From the NCBI GenBank assembly GCA_964528225.1, contig CAZGRT010000189.1:1-34950 (forward strand): 34,950 nt of DNA, given 5' to 3'. The notes beneath the pieces were generated by a model, which was not told the origin of the DNA, searched no databases, and was given only the letters and a program-made list of their open reading frames with translations. Positions within the stretch are counted from its first letter, which is position 1. Each line of letters begins with the position of its first letter. A program made the position numbers and the translations under genes. The stretch is from an uncultured Thermodesulfobacteriota bacterium. GTDB taxonomy: Bacteria; Desulfobacterota; Deferrisomatia; Deferrisomatales; JACRMM01. This document shows positions 14,993-23,934 of this stretch, piece by piece.

Positions 14993-15454
14993 TCAGTCGT
15001 CGTCCCCGTCGTCGTCCCCGTCGTCCTCCTCGTGGTCGTCCCGATGGCGCTCGCGCTCCCGCTCGGAACGGTGCCGCCGTCCCTCCCCGTCGTCGTCGCC
15101 TCCCCCGTGACAATCGTGGCAGCGCCCGGGCCCCCCACCCCACCCGCGTTCGAGCTCGTGGCACCGCCGGCAGACGGCTCCGAACCGCCGCAAGTGCTCG
15201 TGTCCCCGTGCCCCGTGCCGCCACCGGGAGCCCTGGGGCTCGCGAGCCCCCTCGGGGCCGAAATGACACAGCAGGCAGTCCGAGGCCTCGTCGTGGCAAT
15301 CGGCGCAGGAGATGGGACTGCGCCCGTGAAACTTCGCGCTCGCAGGGTCGAGCCAAGCCCTGCCGGTCGGGTGCGGCGTCACGCCGGAAGCACCCGCTGA
15401 ACCGGCGGCGAGCAAGACGAACGCCACTCCGAAAGCTACGGCGGCCTGGATCAT
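14993..15454 (-). CDS. small exported tetrahaem c-type cytochrome with acidic/His-rich C-terminal tail
   Basis: ATG at 15454 after AAGGAGGTGAGG. Signal peptide MIQAAVAFGVAFVLLAAGSAGASG. Four CxxCH motifs (CADCH, CLLCH, CRRCH, CHDCH) within about 85 aa. Tail GGGDDDGEGRRHRSERERERHRDDHEEDDGDDDGDDD. Confidence 0.8.
   Translation of the reverse strand: MIQAAVAFGVAFVLLAAGSAGASGVTPHPTGRAWLDPASAKFHGRSPISCADCHDEASDCLLCHFGPEGAREPQGSRWRHGARGHEHLRRFGAVCRRCHELERGWGGGPGRCHDCHGGGDDDGEGRRHRSERERERHRDDHEEDDGDDDGDDD
14996..15043. repeat. tandem 12-nt repeat (GTCGTCGTCCCC x2 perfect plus 2 degenerate units) encoding the poly-Asp tail
   Basis: Read directly: gtcgtcgtcccc gtcgtcgtcccc gtcgtcctcctc gtggtcgtcccg. 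In-frame unit length, so slippage would change tail length without a frameshift. Confidence 0.7.
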
Positions 15455-15491
15455 GGTCCTCACCTCCTTCACGGCCCACCCCACCCCTTCG

Positions 15492-16442
15492 TCATCGACG
15501 CCGACGCTCCACGCCGAAGGCCGCCGGGAGGCTCGGCCCGAAAGCGGCCCGCGCCGCCGCCAGGAAGTCCTCGGGGAGTGGGGCCTCGACACGTACCTCC
15601 ACCCCGGATGCGGGGTCTCGAAAGGACAGGCTGCGGGCGTGGAGCATCTGTCGCGGGACCGGGCGCCCCCCGACTTCGGCACACCCCCCGTAGCGGGCGT
15701 CGCCGACGATCGGGCACCCCTCCCCGGCGAGGTGGACCCGGATCTGGTGGGTACGCCCCGTGCGCGGCCGGGCCTCGACCAATGCGTACCCCTTCGAGCG
15801 AGCCAGAACCCGGAAGGCCGTCTCGGCCCGCATGCCCCCGCTGCGCACGGTGAGGATGCGGTCCCCCGCGGCCTCCTTCAGGTGGGAGACCACTTCGAAA
15901 CGCTCGCGGGGGGTGCCTTGCACCAGGGCGAAATAGACCTTCTCGACCCGGCGGTGGCGGAAGTCATCCAGGAGCGCCCGGCTGAACTCGCGGTTCCGGC
16001 CGAGGAGCAGGACGCCGGAGGTGTCCTTGTCGAGACGGTGCAGCAGGGTCAGGGGAGCGCCCAGCGCCCGCTCCGCCAGCAGGGCGGCGTGGACGCGGCC
16101 CGGGTCCCGGGTGGGTCCCGAGGGGATGCCGGCGGGTTTGTCCACGGCGAGGCAGTGCTCGTCGCGGAACAAGACCCCGAGGGCGGAGGCGGGAGCCTCC
16201 GGCACCGCAGGGGGCCGCAGGACCCGCACGTGCTCCCCGGCGCGGAGCAGGCGGGACGCCATGGGTTCCAGCCTTCCGTCCACCGAGACCCGCCGCGAGT
16301 CCACGAGTCGCTTGGCCTGCTTCCGGCTCACGCCCTCGAGGGCGCCCACGAGGAAGAGGTCCAGGCGCAGCCCCGCTTCCCGCCGGCCCACGACCAGCGC
16401 CTCGACCCTCCCTCCGGTGTCCGGCTTCCCCGTCCTTGCCAA
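15492..16442 (-). CDS. RluA-family 23S rRNA/tRNA pseudouridine synthase (RluD/RluC-like)
   Basis: S4-like GLRLDLFLVGALEGVSRKQAKRLV. Catalytic LHRLDKDTSGVLLL and RTGRTHQIRVHL motifs. I prefer the TTG at 16442, which has GGGGAG 5 nt upstream. The alternative ATG at 16490 has no RBS and leaves only 22 nt to rlmI. Confidence 0.85.
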   Translation of the reverse strand: MARTGKPDTGGRVEALVVGRREAGLRLDLFLVGALEGVSRKQAKRLVDSRRVSVDGRLEPMASRLLRAGEHVRVLRPPAVPEAPASALGVLFRDEHCLAVDKPAGIPSGPTRDPGRVHAALLAERALGAPLTLLHRLDKDTSGVLLLGRNREFSRALLDDFRHRRVEKVYFALVQGTPRERFEVVSHLKEAAGDRILTVRSGGMRAETAFRVLARSKGYALVEARPRTGRTHQIRVHLAGEGCPIVGDARYGGCAEVGGRPVPRQMLHARSLSFRDPASGVEVRVEAPLPEDFLAAARAAFGPSLPAAFGVERRRR

Positions 16443-16512
16443 GCGGTCTCCCCGCGATTGGACCCTGCCTCCCGAGCCGAACCGTAGCATAATCGCGCCG
16501 AAGGAGAGTGTC

Positions 16513-17688
16513 ATGAGAACGATCCGCCTGCACAAGGGAGCGCAGGGGCGCCTGGCCCTGGGCCACCGCTGGGTCTTCTCCAACGAGATCCAGGACTTCG
16601 ACCGTTCCATCCCCCCGGGGGACGACGTGCGGGTGGAGGACGCATCGGGCCGACTCCTGGGCAGCGGGACCTTCAGCCCGTCGAGTCTCATCTCGGTGCG
16701 CCTCCACTCCCTGCGGAGAGAGGAGCCCCTGGGGCCGGAGACGATCGCCGGGAGGATCCGCGACGCCTGGGAGAAGCGGTGCGAGTGGCTCGGCCGGGAG
16801 GGTGCGGAGTCGTGCCGCGTGGTCTTCGGGGAGGCCGACGACCTGCCGGGGTTCGTGGCGGACCGGTACGGGGACGTCTGCGTCGTGCAGGTTCTGACAG
16901 CCGGCATGGAGCGCCGGACCGACTGGGCCCTGGACGCCCTGGAGGCGACGCTCGAAACCCGGGGGATCGTGCTGCGTAACGACGCGACGGCCCGGGAACT
17001 GGAGGGCCTGCCCCTCGGCGTCACCCTGGGGCGCGGAGAGGTTCCGGAGCGGGTGGTGTTCACCCTCCACGGCCTGCGGTTGCTGGCGGACCCCTGGGGC
17101 GGGCAGAAGACGGGCTTCTTCCTCGACCAGCGGGAGAACTACCGGCTCCTCGAGCGCGTGGCGGGCGGAGGGAGGGTTCTGGACGCCTTCTGCTACTCCG
17201 GGGCGTGGGGGCTCCACGCGGCGCGTTGGGGGGCCCGGCAGGTCGTCTTCCTCGACGGTTCCGAATCCGCGCTCGGCCTCGCCCGGAAAAACGCCGAGGC
17301 CAACGCCGTCGAGGGAGCGGCCTTCGTGCGCGCGGACGCCCTCGAGTACCTCAAGGCACAGAGCGAGGGGGAGGGCTTCGACGTCGTGGTGCTCGACCCT
17401 CCGGCCTTCGTGAAGTCCCGGCGCCGGGTCCCGGAGGCCCTGAAGGGCTACCTCAACCTGAACAAGTGGGGGCTTCGGTGCGTGCGGCCGGGCGGCTACC
17501 TCGTCACCTGCAGCTGCAGCCACCACGTGCGCCCCGAGGTCTTCGTGGAGACGGTGGCGCGGGCGGCCCGGGAGGCGGGCCGGGAGGTCCGCGCCATCGG
17601 TTCCGGCCGCCAGGCCCCGGACCACCCGTGGATCCCGGCCATGCCCGAGACCGCCTATCTCAAGGCGCTGCTCCTACGGGTGGAGTAG
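16513..17688 (+). CDS. rlmI: class I SAM-dependent 23S rRNA (cytosine-C5) methyltransferase, RlmI family
   Basis: ATG at 16513 after AAGGAGAG. N-terminal PUA-like LHKGAQGRLALGHRWVFSNEI. GGQKTGFFLDQRENY, VLDAFCYSGAWG and VVLDPPAF are SAM-MTase motifs. Confidence 0.9.
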   Translation: MRTIRLHKGAQGRLALGHRWVFSNEIQDFDRSIPPGDDVRVEDASGRLLGSGTFSPSSLISVRLHSLRREEPLGPETIAGRIRDAWEKRCEWLGREGAESCRVVFGEADDLPGFVADRYGDVCVVQVLTAGMERRTDWALDALEATLETRGIVLRNDATARELEGLPLGVTLGRGEVPERVVFTLHGLRLLADPWGGQKTGFFLDQRENYRLLERVAGGGRVLDAFCYSGAWGLHAARWGARQVVFLDGSESALGLARKNAEANAVEGAAFVRADALEYLKAQSEGEGFDVVVLDPPAFVKSRRRVPEALKGYLNLNKWGLRCVRPGGYLVTCSCSHHVRPEVFVETVARAAREAGREVRAIGSGRQAPDHPWIPAMPETAYLKALLLRVE

Positions 17689-17704
17689 GGGTTCGACCGG
17701 AAGG

Positions 17705-17896
17705 CTACCCGGAACGCCCTCGGTCCCGCGCGGACGGCCGCCGAGCGGACACGGTCCCTCCCCGCCTCGTCCGATCGTGGCTTTCCTCGGCGGACAAACG
17801 CCCCTCGAGCACGCACCCCTGCGCCCCCGGCTCGCAGGGTTCCTCCCGCAGGGCGCACCGTCCCCCGTCGTCGTGGGGGCAACCCCAACCGCTCAC
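17705..17896 (-). CDS. candidate small Cys-rich protein (63 aa), unknown function
   Basis: GTG at 17896 overlaps the TGA of the upstream cyclodeaminase-family gene (GTGA). Reads MSGWGCPHDDGGRCALREEPCEPGAQGCVLEGRL.... Third positions are mostly G/C. No family recognised. Confidence 0.3.
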   Translation of the reverse strand: MSGWGCPHDDGGRCALREEPCEPGAQGCVLEGRLSAEESHDRTRRGGTVSARRPSARDRGRSG

Positions 17897-18387
17897 GCCG
17901 CCTCCAGCTCCCCGCGGAGCCGGCGCACGCTCTCGGCCACACCGTCCAGGCCGTCGACCCGGCCGCACCAACGCCCGAGGTTGACGGCGAGGTTGGCCAG
18001 CAGCGTCCGGCACGCGGCCCGGGACAGCCGCTCTCCGGCCGCCACGTCGGCTGCCAGGGCTTCCGGGAGCCCGGCAAACACCTCTCCGAGAGCCCCCAGG
18101 AACTCCACCCCCCGCTCCAGGTGCGCCGCCTCCGCCTCCAGGGCTGCCCGCACCTCGTCGGGGCCGGCATCGGCCCGGGGATACAGGGCGGCGTCCAGCC
18201 GGGCTGCCTCCAGGAAGTCCGCGGCCAGCCTCTCGAATCCGCCCGACGGGCGCCCGCCGATGGCCGAGACCTTGGCGACGAGAGCCGCCGCGCCCGACAG
18301 GGTCACCAACGCGAGGGCCCCCCCGGCCGGCGTCGGCCGCCGCCGGGCGAGGGCTTCGATCCAGGGTCCGAGATCCCAAGGTTCCAC
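17893..18387 (-). CDS. cyclodeaminase/cyclohydrolase (FTCD C-terminal-like) family protein
   Basis: WIEALARRRPTPAGGALALVTLSGAAALVAKV matches the family N-terminal PGGG-type motif, followed by all-helical Ala/Leu-rich sequence. GTG at 18387 after AAGGGGGA is preferred. The track start (ATG 18480) adds an R-rich extension. Confidence 0.72.
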   Translation of the reverse strand: MEPWDLGPWIEALARRRPTPAGGALALVTLSGAAALVAKVSAIGGRPSGGFERLAADFLEAARLDAALYPRADAGPDEVRAALEAEAAHLERGVEFLGALGEVFAGLPEALAADVAAGERLSRAACRTLLANLAVNLGRWCGRVDGLDGVAESVRRLRGELEAA

Positions 18388-18491
18388 GTCGTCCCCCTTC
18401 GCCTGTGCGTTTCGGCGCCGCGAAGGCCGCCTCAAGGAAGGGCGGCGCCAGGCCGATCCGTTGTCCGGAACCCGCTCCAAGGAGGTGTGCG

Positions 18492-18707
18492 GTGCCGGTC
18501 AAGGAGGCCACGGTCAGTTTCGCCCCCGACGGGGGGCGATGTCACGCGTGCGGACATCCCCATCTCGCGAACAGCGCCCGAAACCGGGGCGCCGACTGCC
18601 TGTGGTACGCCTACTGCCCGTCCTGCGGGACGGTCGAGGAACTGGCGGCCATCCCGGCGTGGTTCGGAGGGGACCTCCCCCCCCCGCCGGACATCGACCT
18701 GCACTGA
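18492..18707 (+). CDS. small zinc-ribbon-like protein (71 aa)
   Basis: GTG at 18492 lies 6 nt after AAGGAGG. Two Cys pairs, CHAC ... CPSC. Strongly G/C-biased third positions. Lies 49 nt upstream of pilT. Confidence 0.5.
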   Translation: MPVKEATVSFAPDGGRCHACGHPHLANSARNRGADCLWYAYCPSCGTVEELAAIPAWFGGDLPPPPDIDLH

Positions 18708-18756
18708 GCGCTGCGCAGGACTCGTCCACCCCACAACCCTCTCGCTCGGAGCCACG

Positions 18757-19857
18757 ATGGACAAGGACACATTCCACAAGATCCTCGCCGCGGCGATGCG
18801 GACCGACGCCAGCGACATACACCTCAAGGTCAGCACGCCCATCCTGCTCCGGGTGAACGGGGTCCTGCAGGAGGTGAAGAGTCCTCCCCTGTCCGCCGAG
18901 GACACACGCAAGGTGGCCGAAACCATCCTCGAGGGAGCCAATCCCCCGGTCACCCTGGACCGCCTCCAGGAGTGGGACGGGTCCTACTCCCTGTCGGGGG
19001 TCGGGAGATTCCGGGTCAACATCTTCCGACAGCGCAACAGCTACGCCACCGTGCTGCGGGTGATCCCCTTCGACGTCCCCACCTTCGAGAAACTGGGCCT
19101 CCCTCCCGTGCTCCGGGACATCGCCATGGAGGAGCGCGGCCTCGTGCTCATCACCGGGGTGACGGGCAGCGGCAAGTCCTCAACCCTCGCCGCCATGATC
19201 GACCACATCAACGAGAGCGCCCGCTACCACATCATCACGATCGAGGACCCCATCGAGTTCATGCACCGCAACAAGAAGAGCTCCATCAGCCAGAGGGAGA
19301 TCGGCATGGACACGCCCGGCTTCAACGTCGCGCTGCGGGCCGCGCTTCGCCAGGACCCCGACATCATCCTGGTGGGCGAGATGCGCGACACCGAGACCAT
19401 CGACATCGCGCTCAAGGCGGCCGAGACGGGCCACCTCGTGTTCAGCACGGTGCACACCACCGATGCGGCCAAGACCATCAACCGCCTCATCAGCGTGTTC
19501 CCGTCCGACGAGCAGAACATGGTGCGGATCCGGCTAGCGGAAAACCTGAAGGCGACGGTGAGCCAGCGCCTCATGAGCCGGAAGGGCGGCAGGGGAAGGG
19601 TCGCGGCCCTGGAGATCCTCCGGATGACGAAGCACCTGGAGGAGTGCATCAAGGACCCCCACAAGACCCACGAGGTGAAGGACGTGATCGAGGCGGGGCG
19701 CGACAACTACGGCACCCAGTCCTTCGACCAGCACCTCATGCAGTTGTTCAACGAGGGGATCATCGACTTCGACGTGGCGCGCTCGGGAGCCACGAACCCG
19801 TCCGACTTCGAGCGCGCCGTGCTGCTGAACTCGGGAGGGGCGATCCCGGCGCACTGA
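18757..19857 (+). CDS. pilT: type IV pilus retraction ATPase, PilT family
   Basis: 366 aa. ASDIHLKV..PILLRVNG, Walker A GVTGSGKSST, Asp box IITIEDPIEF, Walker B DPDIILVGEMRD, His box GHLVFSTVHT. Confidence 0.93.
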   Translation: MDKDTFHKILAAAMRTDASDIHLKVSTPILLRVNGVLQEVKSPPLSAEDTRKVAETILEGANPPVTLDRLQEWDGSYSLSGVGRFRVNIFRQRNSYATVLRVIPFDVPTFEKLGLPPVLRDIAMEERGLVLITGVTGSGKSSTLAAMIDHINESARYHIITIEDPIEFMHRNKKSSISQREIGMDTPGFNVALRAALRQDPDIILVGEMRDTETIDIALKAAETGHLVFSTVHTTDAAKTINRLISVFPSDEQNMVRIRLAENLKATVSQRLMSRKGGRGRVAALEILRMTKHLEECIKDPHKTHEVKDVIEAGRDNYGTQSFDQHLMQLFNEGIIDFDVARSGATNPSDFERAVLLNSGGAIPAH

Positions 19858-19867
19858 CGCCGGGCGT

Positions 19868-21004
<1,137 letters not shown>

Positions 21005-21036
21005 GGGTCTCCTCCAAGCGGGAACCGAGGGCGCCC

Positions 21037-21065
21037 TTCATAAAGATCCGGGGCGGGGGTGTCAA
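21037..21065 (-). promoter_or_regulatory. sigma70-like promoter TTGACA-17 nt-TATGAA upstream of dnaJ
   Basis: On the minus strand: TTGACA at 21065-21060 and TATGAA at 21042-21037, about 30 nt upstream of the ATG at 21004. Confidence 0.5.
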
Positions 21066-21134
21066 GATGCGAGACCCGGGTGGCGACATCCGGGCCTTTC
21101 CGCAGCGGCGAGGGTGGAGCGGCAGGGGCGAGGG

Positions 21135-21902
21135 CTACGCCGAGTCGAGGACCTCCAGGCGGCGCCGCGAGCGCAGGTTGCGCTCCTCTTCCCGGTCGAT
21201 GTCCCGGAGGGTCCGGTCCACGAAGGCCAGGTGCTCGTGGGCCGCGCCACGGGCCCTCTCCTCGTCTCGCGCCAGGATGGCGTCGAACAACTCGCCGTGC
21301 TGGCGCAGCAGCACCTCCCGCACCCCCTCCCGGGTGTAGAGGCGGTCCCGGGAGGAGACGATGCCCCGACGGAGCAGGTCGAACAGGCCGCGCATGATGT
21401 GCAGGAGGACCGCGTTGTGGGCCGCCTCCGCGATGGAGAGGTGCAGATCGGCATCCGCCTCCGCCTCGGCTACGGGATCCTCCCGGCGGTGCGCCTGCTC
21501 CATGGCCTCGAACCGCCGCTGCAGGATCTCCCGGTCGGCGTCCGTTGCCCGGCGCGCGGCGAAGTAGGACGAGATCCCCTCGAGGGCGAGGCGGAACTCC
21601 AGCAGGTCGTACACCGTCTCGGGGTGGCGCTGGAACACCTGGAGCAGCGGATCGGTGAACACCGGAGCCACGATGGCCGCCACATAGGTGCCCCCGCCCT
21701 GCCGCGTCTCCACCAGCCCCATGGTCTCGAGCTTCTGCAACGCCTCCCGCAGGGAGGGCCGCGAAACCTCGAGCCGCTGGGCGAGCTCCCGTTCCGGGGG
21801 CAGCCTCTCCCCCGGCTTGAGGGTGCCCTCCAGGATGCGCGCCTCCAACTGCTCCACGATGGCGTCGGAGATCTTGGGCGACTTCACTCGGTCGAAGGCC
21901 AT
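21135..21902 (-). CDS. GntR-family transcriptional regulator, FadR subfamily (LldR/PdhR-like, FCD domain)
   Basis: 255 aa. wHTH KPGERLPPERELAQRLEVSRPSLREALQKLETMGLVETRQGGGTYV followed by a helical FCD-type domain. Divergent from the TRAP/lactate-type operon. Confidence 0.9.
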   Translation of the reverse strand: MAFDRVKSPKISDAIVEQLEARILEGTLKPGERLPPERELAQRLEVSRPSLREALQKLETMGLVETRQGGGTYVAAIVAPVFTDPLLQVFQRHPETVYDLLEFRLALEGISSYFAARRATDADREILQRRFEAMEQAHRREDPVAEAEADADLHLSIAEAAHNAVLLHIMRGLFDLLRRGIVSSRDRLYTREGVREVLLRQHGELFDAILARDEERARGAAHEHLAFVDRTLRDIDREEERNLRSRRRLEVLDSA

Positions 21903-21918
21903 GGCGACTCCTCAGTTT

Positions 21919-21928
21919 TGGTCATACC
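21919..21928. promoter_or_regulatory. TGGTCATACC, FadR/GntR-type half-palindromic box near the regulator's own start
   Basis: Fits the general t.GT-N3-AC.a pattern of FadR-subfamily operators. Lies 17 nt upstream of the regulator ATG on the opposite strand. Confidence 0.3.
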
Positions 21929-22018
21929 GTTTTTGTTTCATAGCACGCACGGGCGCTGCTGTCGAGAGAGGCGCGCTGCCCGTACCAACATATTCCTCGA
22001 GAAACCAAACAAAGTCCC

Positions 22019-22046
22019 TTGACATCGTCTCAAACCCTGGTTTAAG
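22019..22046 (+). promoter_or_regulatory. putative promoter TTGACA-16 nt-TTTAAG for the TRAP operon
   Basis: TTGACA at 22019-22024 and TTTAAG at 22041-22046, in the AT-richer 263-nt divergent intergenic region. Confidence 0.45.
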
Positions 22047-22051
22047 AGACC

Positions 22052-22070
22052 TGGTCAGATCAATTGACCA
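22052..22070. promoter_or_regulatory. perfect inverted repeat TGGTCA-N7-TGACCA, candidate operator of the GntR/FadR regulator
   Basis: Lies immediately downstream of the putative -10. The TGGT...ACCA arms match the FadR-subfamily operator style. Confidence 0.5.
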
Positions 22071-22165
22071 CACGTCGTCTTGCCTCCCCGACACGCGGCT
22101 GTACACTCGTCGGAAACGTCCCGGCGGGTCCCGCACCCAACCCAATCCGAGGAAGTGGAGGAGCC

Positions 22166-23329
22166 ATGCGAAGAGGAAGAATCCTGACCGGTCTCGCCGT
22201 CCTGGCCACGCTCTGCCTCGCCGCCGCGCCAGCGGTGGCGCAGGAGAAGAAGCAGCGGGAGAAGTTCGGTGCCGACAAGCGACACGAGCAGGTGGAGAAG
22301 CTCAAGGTCAAGACCAGCGACGAGAAGATCCGGTGGAAGATGGTCATGCCCTGGTCCAAGGGCCTCCTCTTCTACGACATGTGCCAGCACTTCGCCGACA
22401 CGGTGCGCCTCGCCTCGGGCGGGCGGCTCGAGATCAAGCTGTTCAGCGCCGGCGAACTCGTGGGGGCGATGGAGAGCTTCGACGCGGTGAGCAAGGGTTC
22501 CGCCGACGTCCTCCACGACTGGCCGGGGTACTGGAAGGGCAAGGACGAGGCCTTCGTGGCCTTCGCCTCCGTGCCCTTCGGGCTCGACGCCGAGGGCTAC
22601 AACATCTGGCTCTACGAGCGCGGCGGGCTCGAGATGATGCAGGAGCTCTACGGCAAGTTCAACATGCACGCCCTGCCCGGCGGCAACGGCGGCCAGGAGA
22701 TGGGGCTCTTCTCCAACAAGCGTGCGACCAAGATGGCCGACTTCAAGGGCATGCGGGTGCGCACCCCGGGCTGGTACATGGACATCCTCACGCGCCTGGG
22801 CGCCAGCGTCACCCCGCTGCCGGGCGGCGAGATCTACCTGGCCCTGGAGCGCGGCGTGATCGACGCGGCCGAGTTCAGCTCTCCGGCGATGAACTACCCC
22901 ATGGGTTTCGACGAGATCACCAAGTACGTGATCCAGCCCGGCGTCCACCAGCCCTCGGTGCAGTGTGCCCTGGCCTTCAACATGGACGCGTGGAACAAGC
23001 TTCCCGAGGACCTGAAGTGGATCGTGGACACGGCCGCCAAGGAGACCCAGCTCTGGTCCAACGCGTGGCAGGAGAACCTGAACATCGAGGCGGTGAAGCT
23101 CTTCAAGCAGCGGGTTGAGTTCGTGAAGATGGACCCGGAGACCATCAACGAGTTCGCCAAGGTGACCCACGACTACATGGAGGAGCTCAAGGCCAAGTTC
23201 CCGTCCGTCAAGAAGGTGATGGACTCCCAGGAGCTCTTCAAGAAGGACTTCGCCGAGTGGCGCGAGGAGCGCAGCGGCGTGACCCCGTGGCCGTACGAGA
23301 CGTTCGTGAAGGGCAAGCACCTGCAATAG
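22166..23329 (+). CDS. TRAP transporter substrate-binding protein (DctP family)
   Basis: ATG at 22166 after GGAGGAG. Signal peptide MRRGRILTGLAVLATLCLAAAPAVA. 387 aa, followed by DctQ and DctM genes. Confidence 0.9.
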   Translation: MRRGRILTGLAVLATLCLAAAPAVAQEKKQREKFGADKRHEQVEKLKVKTSDEKIRWKMVMPWSKGLLFYDMCQHFADTVRLASGGRLEIKLFSAGELVGAMESFDAVSKGSADVLHDWPGYWKGKDEAFVAFASVPFGLDAEGYNIWLYERGGLEMMQELYGKFNMHALPGGNGGQEMGLFSNKRATKMADFKGMRVRTPGWYMDILTRLGASVTPLPGGEIYLALERGVIDAAEFSSPAMNYPMGFDEITKYVIQPGVHQPSVQCALAFNMDAWNKLPEDLKWIVDTAAKETQLWSNAWQENLNIEAVKLFKQRVEFVKMDPETINEFAKVTHDYMEELKAKFPSVKKVMDSQELFKKDFAEWREERSGVTPWPYETFVKGKHLQ

Positions 23330-23411
23330 GAGCTTTGACCCCAGCCACTAGATGACTCCGTCTGCCCCGGGGCTCCCGGCCCCGGGGCGGCACCCGACCG
23401 GGAGGAGCCGC

Positions 23412-23912
23412 ATGCAGGCCATCAGCCGAGCCGTCGACACCCTCAACGAGAAGGTGGGCTTCCTCACGGCCCTCCTCATCCTCCCGATGGTGGGGGTCGT
23501 GGCGTACGAAGTATTCATGCGCTACTTCTTCAACGCCCCGACGATCTGGGGCTTCGAGGCCACGACCTTCATCTACGGGGCCCACTTCATCCTGGGGTTC
23601 GGGTACACGCACAAGCTGAACGGCCACGTGTCGGTCGACATCGTCGAGGGCCGCCTGCCCGAGGCCGCGCGGACCCGGCTGCGGATCTTCGCCAACATCG
23701 CGATCTTCCTTCCCACCATCGGGTTGGTCACCGTCTGGTCGATTCTCTACGCGCTCACTTCCTGGCAGCAGTGGGAACTCGCCTCCACCTCCTGGGCACC
23801 CAGGATCTACCCCCACAAGACCCTGATGGCCCTCGGCTTCGTGCTCCTGTGGCTGCAGGGTCTGGCCAAGCTCCTCCAGGACATCCGCTCCCTCAAGGGC
23901 CCCGCGGCCTGA
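23412..23912 (+). CDS. TRAP transporter small permease (DctQ family)
   Basis: ATG at 23412 after GGAGGAG. 166 aa with four hydrophobic helices, beginning MQAISRAVDTLNEKVGFLTALLILPMVGVVAYEVFMRYFF. Confidence 0.88.
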   Translation: MQAISRAVDTLNEKVGFLTALLILPMVGVVAYEVFMRYFFNAPTIWGFEATTFIYGAHFILGFGYTHKLNGHVSVDIVEGRLPEAARTRLRIFANIAIFLPTIGLVTVWSILYALTSWQQWELASTSWAPRIYPHKTLMALGFVLLWLQGLAKLLQDIRSLKGPAA

Positions 23913-23934
23913 CCGCACACAGGAGACGCCTGCC

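Noticed and set aside
14996-15043. Short tandem repeat considered as a possible CRISPR-like or non-coding repeat array.
   Set aside because: It has only four 12-nt units with no spacers, and lies in frame inside the cytochrome gene, where it encodes the Asp-rich tail. No CRISPR repeats, cas genes, tRNA, rRNA, IS or integrase signatures were seen anywhere in the window.
16443-16512. Promoter for rlmI (TTGGAC ... CATAAT) in the short divergent gap.
   Set aside because: Spacing between the two hexamers is 24 nt, far from the 16-18 nt optimum. The CATAAT alone may be a -10, but I cannot support a full promoter call.
18388-18480. Longer version of the cyclodeaminase-family gene starting at ATG 18480.
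   Set aside because: The extension (MERVPDNGSAWRRPSLRRPSRRRNAQAKGDD) is Arg-rich and non-family-like. It would run into the strong RBS of the divergent zinc-ribbon ORF. GTG 18387 follows AAGGGGGA and gives the usual distance to the PxGG motif. The gene itself is kept; only the start is moved.
21066-21134. Short CCCGG...CCGGG stem downstream of the GntR-family gene, considered as a terminator.
   Set aside because: It has only a 5-bp stem, a long loop and no U-tract, which is indistinguishable from background in GC-rich DNA.
21912-22145. 77-aa minus-strand ORF inside the regulator/TRAP intergenic region.
   Set aside because: It spans promoter- and operator-like elements, has no RBS and no recognisable motif, and lies in the only AT-rich non-coding stretch there.
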